NCBI GenBank assembly: GCA_002633005.1
Contig: NMRA01000448.1
Coordinates: forward strand, 62,001 to 126,000
Length of the DNA: 64,000 nt
From: Phoronis australis
Lineage: Eukaryota; Animalia; Phoronida
Direction: 5' to 3'
Shown here: positions 38,432 through 53,100 of the stretch, in pieces
Position numbering within the stretch: position 1 is the stretch's first letter
Layout of the letters: the number at the start of each line of letters is the position of its first letter
Translations under genes and position numbers: made by a program
The notes under the pieces: model-generated
The model's input: only the letters and a program-made list of their open reading frames with translations
Told to the model about the DNA's origin: nothing
Database searches by the model: none

Positions 38432-41400
38432 GAAAGAAATAACAAGTCGCATAATAATTGAAAATCTCCGTCATAAAACGCTACAGCCTTTTCATTGGAC
38501 GATCCCCCAAGCTTCCAAGTAGTCAGTTGAGTAAGCGTACACAGTTGACTTTGCTTTTCATGGTTATAAAAGTACTATGTGCAGCGGCACACGGATGATA
38601 AGGTATAGAAACAAACGAAGGAGTAAGGTTGCAGACTTCACGTATACAGCATCAGCGGAAGCAACCCCTCCCCCCCTACGGTCAGAACCAAGAAAACGCA
38701 GTCGACACGTCGGTTTTTGGAGGCGTCAAGGATTTTTCCCTACTAGATACTAATGGTTAGATCCCCTTTACGGCATCATAGATCCACCCGTGTACGCCAG
38801 GACTTTTCTGACTCATGAAGGCAAATAAAAGAATATTATGTTGAAGATTCAAAGATTCGTTACTCAGTGACTTCTGATTGCAAATTACTTTACCAGGTCA
38901 GTCACGGTTAGGGTGATGTAGACGATATAGACATCCATACTTTATGAACAGCAAAAAAGCATGTTTCGCTAAAGCAATGTTCAAATTCTTATACAGCATT
39001 CGATATAGACTCGTGTAACACTGACAGAAGACGTATCAAACGTAGTGAAGCAATTCGATATATGTATAAGACATCGATTAGGAATGAGACTAGACAAGAC
39101 ATGGTTTTACATTAATTTTCTTCTTTTTTGAACTGCGATGACAACGAGATACAACCCATATATCCCTTGGAATTTTCTTTTCCTAAATGACTTCGGGCAG
39201 TGAATTAAGTAGGATCAGTGTAACTGACCTTTCGTAGTGTATCACAGGCCTCAAAAGACCAAGTTCTTATCCTAGTTGTCATCTGTTTTAAGTGTGAATG
39301 GGTATTATTTTGGTGTCTATATGTGCCTTTATTCACGTATGGTTTCACATGCAATTGACACTCTGCGGTCAAATATAGAGATAGTTAACAGGTGATGACG
39401 ACATAATGTATGCCCAGGTGTGGATGGTCAATCTGCTTGTTAAAGACGCATATACCACTGCATTGGACAGAATTTAGGGGAAATGAAAACGCCGAGTAGT
39501 CTGTTTAGACTTATTCGGGAAGCGGAACCATAGGATCACCCCCAGTATTCATTGCAGTGTCCCGCCCGTTAAACTGTTGAAGGCACTCTGCTTTACGATA
39601 CATAGCCAATCATGGAGACATTACTTAGACAACGCCCGATCAAAAATTCACACAGAAGACAGTCTCATAACCCAAAGACTCCTCTCCTTTGCCATAACCA
39701 GTAAGGCTACCCGATGAGATTCAGCGAACCCAATTCTCAACAGTGTAATATTTTCGCAGCCACAGGATAGGGTTAATAAGGAATGGTGATTGTATTTTTA
39801 ATTTTAATGATGTTAATTAGTTCCAACAAAACATCCATGATTGCGGAGTCCCCCCCCCCCCTCCCCATTTAGAGATTACCAATATTTAGAATAAGATAAT
39901 TTCGGCGGGACAAAACTCTGTCATAAGAATTCGCGAATAATTTTGGAATTGTGAGACAAACGTTGTTAATCCCCACTCAAACAGCAATGAATTTTACTGA
40001 GTGCTTCTTCAAACAGTATCCACAAAACGCCCTACCAAGTTCTCTATAGTACGGTTCATACAAAAATATGTATGTCCAACACTTCATACTAGACACCCCT
40101 TCGGAATAAGAGCAAACAGAAATAAATAATGCGAATATTTCTGAGACGCCCTTACAAGAAAGCACGTTTACCTTTACACAGCCAATGTGTATTAGACGTA
40201 TTATCGGGACCAGGAAAGACACGCGACGAAACTTCCTCAAAATGTAAGAACATGTGGCTCTCGGTGTCTTAATCTTTGCTTTTCACAAAATGAGGTTATT
40301 GAAAGAAGACTAGTGAATCTTTTTATCGATGGCCAGTTGATAGACACCTTCTGTTAAAATCGTGACAGCGAGTAAATAAGCCATCAATTATGACTGGCTT
40401 CTGGGTAAATCTTTGTAGTGTACGGCGGTTATGGTTTTTATCACTCATTTTGCGATACAAAATGCACATCAATGTTCTTACATTGTTAAAAACACTACTC
40501 TACATACAAGTCACACAAAAGAGAACTGTGACATTCGAGTAATTTCAGCGTCTCGTGCAACATAAAATAGCCTGTACATTACCTTCGCTGGCTCGCCTTG
40601 ACTGGCTTGATATAAACGATGATACCCTCACTAACAAATTCATTGTCGCTGCTTCTGTTTTTTCGCGAGGCAACTCATCCGTTTTCTATTGTCATGCATT
40701 TTTCCGTCGGAAAGGAGCAACTCCTAACTGACGTACGTAACGAGACGATCAGCTCCAATCGCTGCCACACCAACGAAAGAGTTCCTCCAATTATGACTAT
40801 TTTCTAACGTTCACTAATGAGTTTATGGAATTTGAAGTGAGTGTAACTTCGTGTGTATCCTGCGGCTATGCAACATCGGAAGATCCTTGATACACTTTGA
40901 GCAGTCCGCTGATGATAGACTATGATAACACCAAAACAAACAATATATGACCATCAGAAAAGGAAGGGTTCACGTCACGCATGACCGACTTGGAATAATT
41001 CCCATTTTGTAATACACAAGGCTGCACCTGACAGTATGAAAATAAACAACCAAGAAAATTAAATTCAATTTGTCGATAGCAGAGCGAACTGGCGGAAAAC
41101 GTGTGATCTTTAGTCAAAACACGAACATCTTTCTGGCTCTCACGTATAGCTAATTTGGCGTAAAGTGCGTTGTTTTCAAGAGAATAAAGTCGGTCACAAC
41201 TGCATGTGTTTACGCAACGTTACACAATGAAACGTTCTAATCAATGCAAACCCGACAGCTTGCATCCCACTGTTCAACTGGCCTAGATCAGTACATGATA
41301 ACGTTATTAGCATTTACCCGGCAACGTTCAAAATTATTCCAATCAAATTCATGCTCTTTTAGCTGCTGTAAGTTCTGTCTGTGATCTAATACTGATTTTG

Positions 41401-44180
41401 AATCCCAGCCCAAGGGCACCCGCTCTCCACAGTCGCTACATGATTAATTCAGCCGAAAAGAGCGAAGTGAAGTACCGTGACTAAGTTTTGGGACACATGA
41501 TACTATAAAGTCTTTCATCCGAAAGACAGAACGTGGAGTAAATTTGAGAATGCCGGTGAGAGAACTTATTGCATAAACATTTATAAACATGCCCCCAGTT
41601 AACGAGGAAGGCAAAGCCTTGCCTACTTCAAATGCTTTTACAGAAGGGTCGATTTTCCACTCAATTGCAGCCATATTCTTCTTGTTTGCAAGTATTTCAC
41701 AATATGTGGCCGCAGAGATAACATCATAACAAAGATTTGCATTGCCTTCCAGATGTGTATACGCCCAGTTGAATGCACAGGTATTTAGCTCGGAAAATGT
41801 TTTACAATATCGCGATTATGAAATGAATGAAGCTTACGTGTGCATTGCAAATGCCTTTGGTAAAGGCGAGGTTAAGAGCATGTTTGTCGGACGATTGACA
41901 TTCCTAGTGTCAATGAGTGCATTGGGCCCAATGGATTCGTATACAGAAACACGAGCGTTGCACAGGTTATCGTCAATTTCGATGTTATATTATTATATTA
42001 TTCCTAGAATGAAAAGCTAGCCTCATAGCCATGCCTCGTCATAAGCCACGTTAGGACTTCGACAATGAAAACAACATCACGTGAGTGAACGCGGGACACC
42101 AGCGTTCAAGAAGGGTAGAGAAGAAACGGTCCAATCATAACCACTCAGCTAAGTTTAGCTCCTAATCAACAATTTTCATGTTAGGCTGCGGGCGCGACCA
42201 ATGTGCACTCCCAAAACATTAAAATTTAGGGGTAGGCCAGGCTTGGGGTATATTTAGGTAGGTGTTGCATGTAGGCTAAGTGAATGTGGTTTGTTTGTAT
42301 TTGTGAACATGTTGAGAATGAAAAAAGACCACTTTCTCGGCTGTAGCTGCACTCTTCTTCAAGATGGCGGCCCCCTGTAGCAATTGTCCATTGCTCGGTA
42401 GCGATTGATAAACTGGGTGCGATTTCAGGTAGCCCTCAAACAAATCAAATTAGAAAAAAAATAGTTGGTTGACAGTACTTTTGGACCACATTTTTGGAAT
42501 CGGCAGAAAATTTTCTTTCAGAATCTAATGTTGGCTTTAGTCGAGCATCGGCAGGGAAGTGGTGGTGTTGGGGTTGAAAAAGGCCGATTTTGCGGGGGTA
42601 TTTGGCCCTTTTTTCTTAGTCTACCTTACTTTTCAGTAGGAGTGAAGGGGTAAAAAAATTAAGAGAGAATTAATTTTCTGTGCTCATCTGTAGGGCCTAT
42701 GATGTGAAATGACTCGAAACTTTTCGTTTTTTGCATACAGTTTTTGACAGAGTGAAGAAAGGGTGACGAGTCCATTGACATGTATTCTGATAGGCAAGCC
42801 CCTGTGAGAACTGTTCTGTGCCCCCCTACAGCAAATATCCTCTAGCCTAACAACGCAATACCTCGATATCCGGTAAAGATTATGGACAACCTGAGACAAT
42901 AGCAAGACTCTGGGTCTCTTTTCCCAGACACCCTCGACCCTCTCTGTCGCCTTCCGGTCGCAAGTCTTTGTTTTCCCTTCTCGAGGCGATACCTGGAAGT
43001 AACGCGGATGCCAAGACGGAATCCTACATTACGTGAAACTCACGATTCAAACGGAGAATCCCACGATCTCTTTTTCTAGTCCATGAGACGAGAGTGCTAT
43101 CCTAAGAATGATGAATAGTTTTGTTGTGAATTAGTGATCTTCACGACAGTGATGGGAATGCGCTCCTGGGGAGCTACAGGCAAATATCTCAAACTCGGCG
43201 AGAGGGCGCTGTAGTTTTTCAGGACGCGCCAGTAAACTAGACAATTTGTCTATTGCTTAAGGTGTTTAAAATCACTAAAGTCACATCAAGAACACAAAGA
43301 ATAACCTACCATTCGATCAGTTGTCAAATTAGAAGAAAACACGCAAACACTATGTGACGATATGTTTATATCTCGAGTTACTCATACGAGCGTTTATTGG
43401 TCGAAATCTATTACATAGAATCGGAACAACTAATCACAACTTTCGTCATCTTCCATTGTAAATAGTGTGAAGTCATCAAATATTGCTACTAGTTTTCCCT
43501 AGTTTATGGTATAATGAAGAACGGCGAGGCGTTCCATTTGTGGTAGTTAGACAAGTGAGTGTTTGGCCATGCTGTGACTTTTTCACTTTCTCGCAGGGCA
43601 TCACAGAAGCGCGGCCGATATGGTACAAGTTTGCGCAAGATACTCGCGTATTGGCGGACATGACACAGTGGAGCCGGTTACGTTCACACCTCCCACCCAT
43701 GTCCGTGGAGCTTAGAAATTTTCAATTGAAGTCGTTTTTCTTCTATTTTCTTGTTTTTGGGATGATTTAATTCATGGTATGCAGTGCTATAAATGAAAGT
43801 TTGATGATGCTGACAATGTAGTCACTGGTCGTAACAACTGAGGTAAATGGTGGTTTTAGTACTTTAAGGGGTTTCACGTAGACGGTCGTCAATTAAAGTA
43901 GAAATCAAACCGGGATAAGTCGGGCGAATACCAGTAACCGACAATCATGGTGACGGGCAATTTGAATCAAGTCATACCCTGTTCCATTTCACTCCACGGT
44001 GGAACCTGAGTGTAATACATATATCAATCAGTCGAAATGATAAAAACAAGGGATGAGACAGAGTGTTTAGAACAGCCCTGACTAGTCGTGATTCAAGTAG
44101 ATCTCGTGTAAATCTAAATTCAACTGAAGCCAGACCGCGGTCGGAGACACTCTGAACTTTTCTCATTAAACTATCACCTG

Positions 44181-45421
44181 CAGGGCGTTCCATCGATACG
44201 GGAACCCCGGTTAAAACAGATACCCCGCAATCGAAAACAGACTCCCGCACCTTCAAACAGCTAACCAGCCCGAAAAAACACGAATCCCAGCCTTTAAAAC
44301 AGGAACCTTGGGGATCTGACAGGACACCCGGGGACCGAAACACCACTCCCGCACATACTGTCCAACACTGTTTGGTGAAAAATAAATCTTCCTTCTTGAA
44401 ATAGTTGTTGTCATGCGTTACTTTACTATATGAGAATTTTAGACAACTTACGACGGATTTGCGTTCTACGCAATTCTGCTGCTAAGTTGTGGTGCGATCT
44501 CATGCGTCGGCTTTCGTCGCCACGAAATATTGCGTCACCTATTGGTCATTTTCTTTTTCCCCCCAATGCTTCAACCAACTGTAATTCTTCCACGAGGTTG
44601 TTTACATTGATGTCACAACAAATTATCGGAAGTGGTTTCATGTCGTTACAAAGTTTTTAGTATTTTAATACCAGTAAACCGAGTTTCAGGACACATTTGG
44701 AAGCAGTATTCCGTCAAGAAAGAGCGTGAATGCGCTGAGTTCAGAAACTCCGTTTCTACATTCCGTTTTAATGATTGACGAGCACTTGGAGTACACTTTT
44801 TTGAGGCCAAGAACTGTGAAATTGGTGAAAGTGCAGGTCTTTTGAGTGAATAATTCTCGCGGTCCATTTCAAAATGCGGAAATTGATTGCTGGAGGAAAT
44901 ATTGTACTCTTGACGAGTAAATCGACGAACCCTAAAATGTGCCCAGCTTTAAAGTAATTTAAAAGCATTAATCAACAATGGCACGGAAAGTCGAAATAAC
45001 ATTTTTGTTGTCCATTTTTGAACATAGTTTTGGAGAAACTATTGAATAATCTGAAATTAACTAAATATTCACCGAGATGACATCGTGTTGAGAGTATAGA
45101 TTATGTTGAAATTCGCCCACAGATATGTTGCACGAGTTTTACAATATAATATAAGTTCCGTTTTATTACTGACAATGTTTAACAAACAAATGCAGAAAAC
45201 AACAGAAAAGTACTTGAAGATGCTTCAAGGCTACTGACAACGGTCTCAGAAATTTTGAAAAATTGTCCGGTTGCTCGGCTATCCGATCCGTGGGGTTCCT
45301 GTTTTAAAGGTCAGGCTTTGTGTTTTTCGGGCTGGTTGGCTGTTTTGAAGCAACGAGAGTCTGTTCTCGACTCCGGGATATCTGTTTTACACCGGGGTTT
45401 CTCTTTCGATGTAACATCCTG
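44181..45421. mobile_element. Non-autonomous DNA transposon with CAGG termini, about 130-bp TIRs, a 5-bp TSD (ACCTG) and an internal THAP remnant; hAT5-like
   Basis: cagggcgttccatcga.. vs ..tcgatgtaacatcctg. Arms 44181-44310 and 45290-45421. ACCTG at 44176-80 and 45422-26. Minus-strand KDLHFHQF..HSRSFLTEYCF..MKPLPIICCD. Confidence 0.75.
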
Positions 45422-48400
45422 ACCTGGCAACTTGGAAATTCTCCATGAAAATACATGTGACCAAGATGGCCAATCTCACAATGCGATATTGTAAACGTAG
45501 CTATCAAGTTACCATTACTGGAGATTTCTACTGGTTCACCGTTGTGCACAACAACCAATGAAGTAGGGAACTGTGAATCAAAGGCATAGTGTTATCGCCA
45601 GCTGTTACTGAAATAATCATATATCCCGTGACTGAAAGTCTGAATATATTCCGCTTTAATTCGGAACTGCAAAAATTCTACTTTCGTTCTTGAGCGTATT
45701 CAGAAAATTTCACAGTGGTACCGATGTCAGCGAAGAACTCCTAAACACACCTGGTCACCTCTCATGCTGAGTCCGATTTCTTAAAAAAGATCGTGTAATA
45801 AACAGCGACCTTACTTTAGGATCTACGCAATCCTTCTGTCCGTAAGTAACTACAAAAGAGTTTACTTAAGATCCCAATAAGCTGTTGATATTACTTGATA
45901 GGATAAACACTACAACACATCTTCTGGGTGAATTGCAATTTCGATGAAGAGGCTGCGTCTTTCACATTTCTTCAGGGATGGTTCTCGTGTTCAGGGAATA
46001 CCACAAACATTTTGATTGGAGTTCAGTAATGTATAAAAAGTATTACTATAGCGTCATTGAAATCAGATGCCCTCAGTATCTTGCTGCGTTCGAACGCATA
46101 ACACCAGAAATGCCTTTCACTCTCCAGTGGCTGTTGCCATTCGCCACCATGAATCATTCTATGAATAGTAAAAACCTGGAAGAGCCCCGTTTAGTTGTAA
46201 TTGCATTAAAAACAGAGAGTCGTTAGAAACGCGTAATTTTCAAAATGCTCACATCTTCGTTACTGAAGTAGTTTAATTGCCTATTTTGATTTATTCATTT
46301 GAAGATCGTCTAAGTCCCTGTTGGTTGTGGAATGAATAACGTGCACATCCTCTAATTGAGAGTAATTTACAAAAGCTCAGGATTTCGTTTTAAAAATGTT
46401 AATAGTTGATTTATAGACTGCTTAACGTTTTACGACTCTCGTTATTTCGTACGCGTGCATTGCAGCAACTGTTCGTAACATTTGGAAAATAGCGTCAAAA
46501 GACGCACTTGCTGACGGCATTCCTGCAGCCAATTTGAATTTCTGTCAACCGGAAACCTCACCCGAGCGAGTGAGCGAGCGACGCTAGCGAAATTAGCGTT
46601 ACAATGTCGCGCGAAGAGCCGGCCACATTGGGTGCAAAAAGTTTACCACGTAAGCTAAACAATGATTGACTAAAAAGACATGTTGTTGTGCTTGGTTTAC
46701 AGGCGAGAAGGTCTACGTTTTACGGTGAACTGGCGTTTAATTATATGTCAAAATTATGACAAGCAGCTCACAGACTGAACCAAATTGGTAGTTCCTGTAG
46801 CGTTGTGTGACAGATTAACTTATCTATGAATATGAAATCCGATGTTTCTTACCTGTCATATTCAGTACATGGCCAATAAATTTATTATTTTACGCAAATG
46901 TTTTTGTAATCGACACATAATACGTAATGCAACCATTTCCTTGTTTTAACAAATGAATGAAAATGCCGTTTATGTTTAAAGGAAGTAAACCAAATTGTCC
47001 CGGTCAAATCAAAATGTGTACGCTGTGTCTGGTTCAAGCAACTTGTGATGTCCACATTGTACGCGTGTGACGAGTGTACCGACACGGGCGTCGCGTGTTC
47101 GAAAATCGAAATGGAGCTTGTTCCATTTCTGCCACGTCACCTTGCGTTAATGCATCGCTTGAACTAAACGCACCCAATAAATTTCGATTTTACCGAAACG
47201 ACGTTGTTTACATCCTTTGACATGGCTTGCGTGCACATTCATCCAAGTGGCTGTGAGCTGTTGAAATCATCGTCCATAACATGTTTCAGTCTTTCATAAA
47301 GCGATGTATAGTTCAGAAGCGTGAGTATGGAATTTGAACATCGAGTTTGGTGGTTTCTAGTTCGAGACTGGGCCGCGGTTAGAGGCGCGGCCATGGAATC
47401 GTTTCCACGCCCTGGGCTTGTTTCCGTTATGCTCGTCGATAGCATTTGTATAATACACGACTCATTCATAGACAACCTTACCAACGTTCAGTTACATCGG
47501 CTTTTTGGTGGTAACAATGTGGCAAAATAATTGAAAATAAATAATGCATTGTCGTCTATAGGATATGTTTTCCCTCTATCGTTGTCGATTCCATGGGTGA
47601 TTTGATGGCGATAGTAAGTTGTTTACCAAAGAAAACCTCAAAACAAACACTAGAGAAGCCTGCAGCGACACTATAAAATAAAGAGTTGAGTAAACACCTT
47701 TAGGCGGTCCCTGGAGGCTGGAAGTGAAATACACACACGATTACACAACATGTATTGTTCTGAATGGTTTGAAACTTAGCTCGACTGCTCCGATATGTCC
47801 TGAGGTTACGCTGGACACAATAACGAACAGCCTCCCGGTATATGGATATTCAGCAATGCACAGAAATATTTCAATACATCATTTCCGTCTCAACTTTTTA
47901 TCGTGAACCGTAGAAATATGTTTTTCGATTTGTTAGTTTTTGGTTGAAATCCTGTTAACGACAGTTTCAGAACATTTTAAGACTCTTGCAAGACAGACTT
48001 TCTGTTACAGAAATACCAAGCCTTCAAATCCATACACTCGTTTTGCAAAGGCATGGCAAAAGTATTACTAGTGATGCATATTAACCAGACAAAAATTACC
48101 TTCAAAAATCTTACCTTTAGAATATCAATATTTTTCCCTATAATGTAGTTTAGTTCTCTTAAGTTTATTTGTATAAGGTCTCTGGCCTTGAGAACAATTA
48201 ACAATCACCTTATAAAAGCCACATTTTTACGCTCGGTTAACGCATTTATAAGTTTTTCTCTTTTCCGATGTACAAAATATACATAATTACTTAATTACCG
48301 ATATATCTGTAACGCTAACTGTAGTATGAAAGGATTAGTGTTGAGTCGGGTGCTTCCGTTTCACCCCTCTTAACGTAACCAGAGGTCGTTACATATTTTG

Positions 48401-49640
48401 CATAGTAACATTTCATCATCGACAAGGCTACAGGTCAACCACAGTTTACCGTGAAATTCTATTTTTTCGTGCCTACCCACATCCACTTGAAACTATGGAT
48501 GGAACAACGAATACCGAGTAAGTGCTCGAATGTACAGAAGTAATGCGGTAACGAGAACTATGACGATTATACGTTCAAAGTGATACAGTCTTAAAAGTAC
48601 AGTGGTGTTTTGTATAATACTCAACGTCTCGCTTGTGGCACAGTCTTTGCGAGAAGACGTGTAAAAACAAGACTTTCTGGAAATCTACTCTTCAAAGCAA
48701 AGTAATGGTAAAAACATCTTCATTTTAAAGAAAGAAGACCAAGTAGAAAAGTGTGAAAGCTCAAAATGCAGTAAACAGTTCTGTCTATCACGATGACTTA
48801 CAAGAGAAAAGAAATTTTCCCGCAACAGAAAAAGAAATTACAAACCTTTCTGGGTTTTCCACACAGAAAACAACGCTTTCCATTTCGCACCCGGCATCTT
48901 GTATCGCCCAAAGCTGAATGACGACTTAATCTAGTTACTTTAGTTAAAGTGAAGTCTTGTTTGCCCGCGACGGCATATGCAATACTCAGCACGATTGGCT
49001 TTGACCGTTCATTGCCTGACTCACAACATTTTTCAGGTAAAGTACACTATGGTGCATGATCTATAACAGCAAATCCAGGTCAGGAACATTGAATTTTCAC
49101 CAACGTATTTTGACCAATACAACTGGATGTGCGTATCCAAATTAGCGACCATTAAGCTATTTTTGTCCGAATTCTCCGTAACCAATTACTTTATCCTTTT
49201 CCGATTGCAGTTGCTGTCAATTGAAATACCTATGCGAACTGTTCTTTAAAGCAAGTGGCTTATATCAAGACATACTTGAGCCAGTTGGTAAAATGTGCAA
49301 AACACCTGGTCAAACGTGTTCAGTAATATCCTACGAATTGATGCATTGTTCCGAAGACAGACTCGTCTTGACTGATCCTATTCCGTTGGCAGCGTAGTGC
49401 TGCGCATGAATACAAAGTGGTCAATACCAATCCAACAGAACCGAAGGCGGTGTTACGTCATAAGATCTTTTCAGGTGAATTTGTCAGAAGATCATGTTTT
49501 CGTTTAATTCCAGCGACATGGCTTCTAAAATGTTACGTTTTGACACGCAGGTAGAATAAGAGAATCAAACAAAAATGACATACTGGGAAAAAAATACTGA
49601 ACTGTTATTTTAAACCCTAAATGCACACCAATAAAACGCC

Positions 49641-50196
49641 CGTGGTTAGCTGTCCTCGTTATATGTCGTCGTGCGCATCGAAGCATATATAAAATAAGGG
49701 AAAATGGACAATTACTGGTTTTATAGTTGATTAACAATCTCGTTTTCGGAAGAGGCAGTTTGTGCTTTAAAGTGGCATGGACCGCGAAAACTCGTGAAAA
49801 ATACGTTTTACACGATCCCTAACCAAAGTACCTTCCGTCAACCTTTACTAAAAAGTTATTCACTTCCCCCTGAGAAGGAATTTCCAGAAAAAATGACCCA
49901 ATTCATGATTTTTGAAAGAAGTACGAAGAAAAGCTTGTATGGTAACCACCTATACCTGCCTATCTTCCTTTCACTTATTATAAATGCGCGCATGCGCTCA
50001 GTCATTCGGCAAACGAACAGCTGATTCAGTGTCAAGAGTGTTGTGGAGTGAATACTTTGCCACCCNCGTGGTTAGCTGTCCTCGTTATATGTCGTCGTGC
50101 GCATCGAAGCATATATAAAATAAGGGAAAATGGACAATTACTGGTTTTATAATTGATTAACAATCTCGTTTTCGGAAGAGGCAATTTGTGCTTTAA
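49641..50196 (+). repeat. 130-bp direct duplication (49641-49770 and 50067-50196)
   Basis: Identical except for 2 substitutions. The second copy starts right after the N at 50066. Confidence 0.95.
49771..50065. mobile_element. Probable left end of a Kolobok-like element inserted at TTAA, ending at an N
   Basis: TTAA|AGTGGCATGGACCGCGAAAA.. begins exactly where the 130-bp duplicated flank ends. Confidence 0.55.
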
Positions 50197-53100
50197 GTTC
50201 ACGCTTTAACCTTGGCGGGTACTAGGTAAGGATTGGGTTACCTGCAAGTTCTTCATAAGTGAAATAAAATAAGGCTGTGCTACTATTCAACATGATGAAA
50301 CTTGGTGATAAAAATGTTGGGCATTCGAATCCTTATGTGCCTAGAAACATTATTCGTGGGCGCCTCGACATTCAGTTACTGCCAGAAGGGATTGAATATA
50401 TTTAACCCAAGGAAAACAAGCATTTATTCAGAAGCGCGCATCCATGAAGCATATTTACAAACACTTTTCAGTTGGATGACTTGGGACATTTAAGTCTAGA
50501 CAATCGCGTTTTGACTTTTTGCAAGATGTTGACGTCTGAACAATACAAGCCACTCGAGTAAGATTACATTACAGCTTCAAGGTTTATTTCTAAATCCGAC
50601 CATCACCTCGAGTCACAATAGCAGCAAATTGAGTTTTACCTTGTTTATTCAGAGAACTGATAATATGCACAATAAAGTCACGATACATTCAATCTACGGT
50701 AACCCGACTAAGCAGCCTCGGTATACTTTTCAAGTAAAACGTGCATTAGGAAAGGGGATCACTGTCCCAGAGTTGAACTCCGCTTATAATAAAATGCTCA
50801 TTGTGGAATTTGAAATGAGACTTCAAACATTTTTTAGTAAAGCGGCGTTCAATATCGCTTTTCATGACATGACGATCGCATACTTGGCCATTCACAATGT
50901 AAAGAGAGTCGAATTTGTATCATTCGTGAAAACTCAGAAGTACTTATAAAATTTTCTTGGTGTATCCCGTATGACCAAGTAGCCAATCTCTATGTAAATT
51001 TGCTTTCCTAAACCAGTTATCCTCTTGTAAATATGTTCTATACCAGCACCTCACCATGTCGCACCATGAAATATGAAGCTAAATCGGGCCTGGCAATGCC
51101 TAAGGCATTCACGTTTTCAAATGCTAATCCCTATGCAGCTCCATTAAGTATCAAAACCGCCGCCTTATTCACAGGCTGGGTTTTTTTGGACTGGAAAACT
51201 GTATTGGCGCAAGGCAATCCCATCCCACCTCGATAGGTATACTCCCACCGTAGCCTCGCCAGGACCCAAACTACGTCGTTTCATTGCACCAGCACATTCC
51301 ATATAAACCGTGTAAAAGATTGGTGTGGAGTGCAATTCAATTGTTTTATTAAAACTGTCGCATTCACACGACATTAGATCGCAAACTGGATCAGCATGAA
51401 TCACTTAGCGCGTAAGCAATAGCGAATGTACAAACGACGTGGAATGCCTGCTGATCACCCGAATACACGCTATTGTGCAAGCGCATTGAAAGATGATCCA
51501 TTTCCGTCCTGCCCCAGTTGAGTTTAGGCGTGTAGTTGACACTGGAGCAAATGCTTGAATGTAATTCGCTCTACCTATCGAACCGGTGTCAAAAACTGGC
51601 CGCCGCGGTGTCACTTTCTCCGTGGGCACGCACACACGCACATACTCACTACTGAGATCACTCACTATCCCAGTAATGCATGTAGCTAGAGGGTCGGGGG
51701 TTTATCTCCACAGGCGGCACATCGAGGGGGCACTGGCGACTTCGGGCACTGGCGATGAAGTCACTTATCGGTGTTAACCAGCTAGGCAATAGCAAATAGG
51801 CGACTCCGCGAAATTCAGTAGCGGCGCGAGGTTAAAATTGGTCGTGACAACACCGTACGGAGGAGAGCACACACACACACAACGGGGTAACAAACGACCG
51901 CGGGATGACACAAGCAACCAGGGGTTGGTGAGAGGGGGCCGCTATCTTTCGTCCCGGACGAGGTTCCTTTACACCACTGACCCTCGCCTCCGGCCTGGCG
52001 ATCGTTGTTGGCAAAATCTCCGGTCAACCCGCCAGGTACTTACATGAGTCCTGAATTTTGACAACAAGTTTGACACCCGTTATTCAATGGGGAAAATGGC
52101 ACCCAAAATGTGGCCCCCTATGACTATTACCCTTTTTGGTTGGCCTTTCCACTTGGAAATACAATCGAAAACAGAGCCCCCTGCATGTCAACAGGCCTAA
52201 GAACCCATCCCCGTCTGTCTTTTTATTACCTTATTCTTGTGACGTAGTAAGTCCACAGCGCTGTAAGCTGCATTTCGCTCTATTTTAGTGAAAATGAAAA
52301 TCGAAATAAGTCATTCATTCTCTCAAAATAAGTCTCGTCAGGAATATTCCTTACCGTGGCAGGGTTCAATTTCCGCTACCAACAAGAACCTTCCAATCAC
52401 TGGCCACTAAAACATGCTTCAGAGTTTATTGGGGTTGGTTAACCAAAATAGCTGAAATGGCGCATGTACCCATTGCCTGTGACTTGAGTTGCCGGCTTAT
52501 GAGCAACAGTTCAAGATCGGTTGAGCTTGGAAATGTTTAAAACCCAAAAGCTCTTCAGTTAAGAATTGGCAGCTAAACAGCAACGAAATGTAGCTTTAAT
52601 AGTCCCTAGAAGTTTCCACGATTATGGTGCAAAAACAGTACTATCACACCCAAGACACGTCTGTCTCTGCATGTCATTCAGATTGGACATTTCGATGGGG
52701 ATCACGAATGTTATTGACTTACAACGTATCCTTGTGAATGAAGAAGTTGACTGAAACCACCTTGCCTCTGGGTAGGGGTAGCTGCCGCATTTAATAACGG
52801 GGAAAGTCCCATAGACGCTGGGTGTATAAGAGTGATTTGATAAGACATAACATTGCAAATTTGCTTTACAATTCGTAGCAATCTCGTAACCAGTCTATGG
52901 AAATTTCAATAAACAAGTACAAATTGTATCAAGCAAACGGTTCCTGTAAGGAATAATACAACTGCTTAGGTTTTCATTCGAATTTCATTTCCATAAGATC
53001 TACAGGTGATTTTCACAGTTTCAGCTCGATAAAACGAACTCTATTTTCAATAAAAACCGTTCCTAAAAGACTTGGTGAATGACAGCACAATAGCCTATCG

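Noticed and set aside
41444-41674. 76-aa ORF MAAIEWKIDP..
   Set aside because: No convincing phase-1 donor and no recognisable homology.
44205-44355. CRISPR-like periodic array
   Set aside because: Period is only 21 bp, units are degenerate with no unique spacers, the array is mirrored as a TIR, there are no cas genes and the context is eukaryotic.
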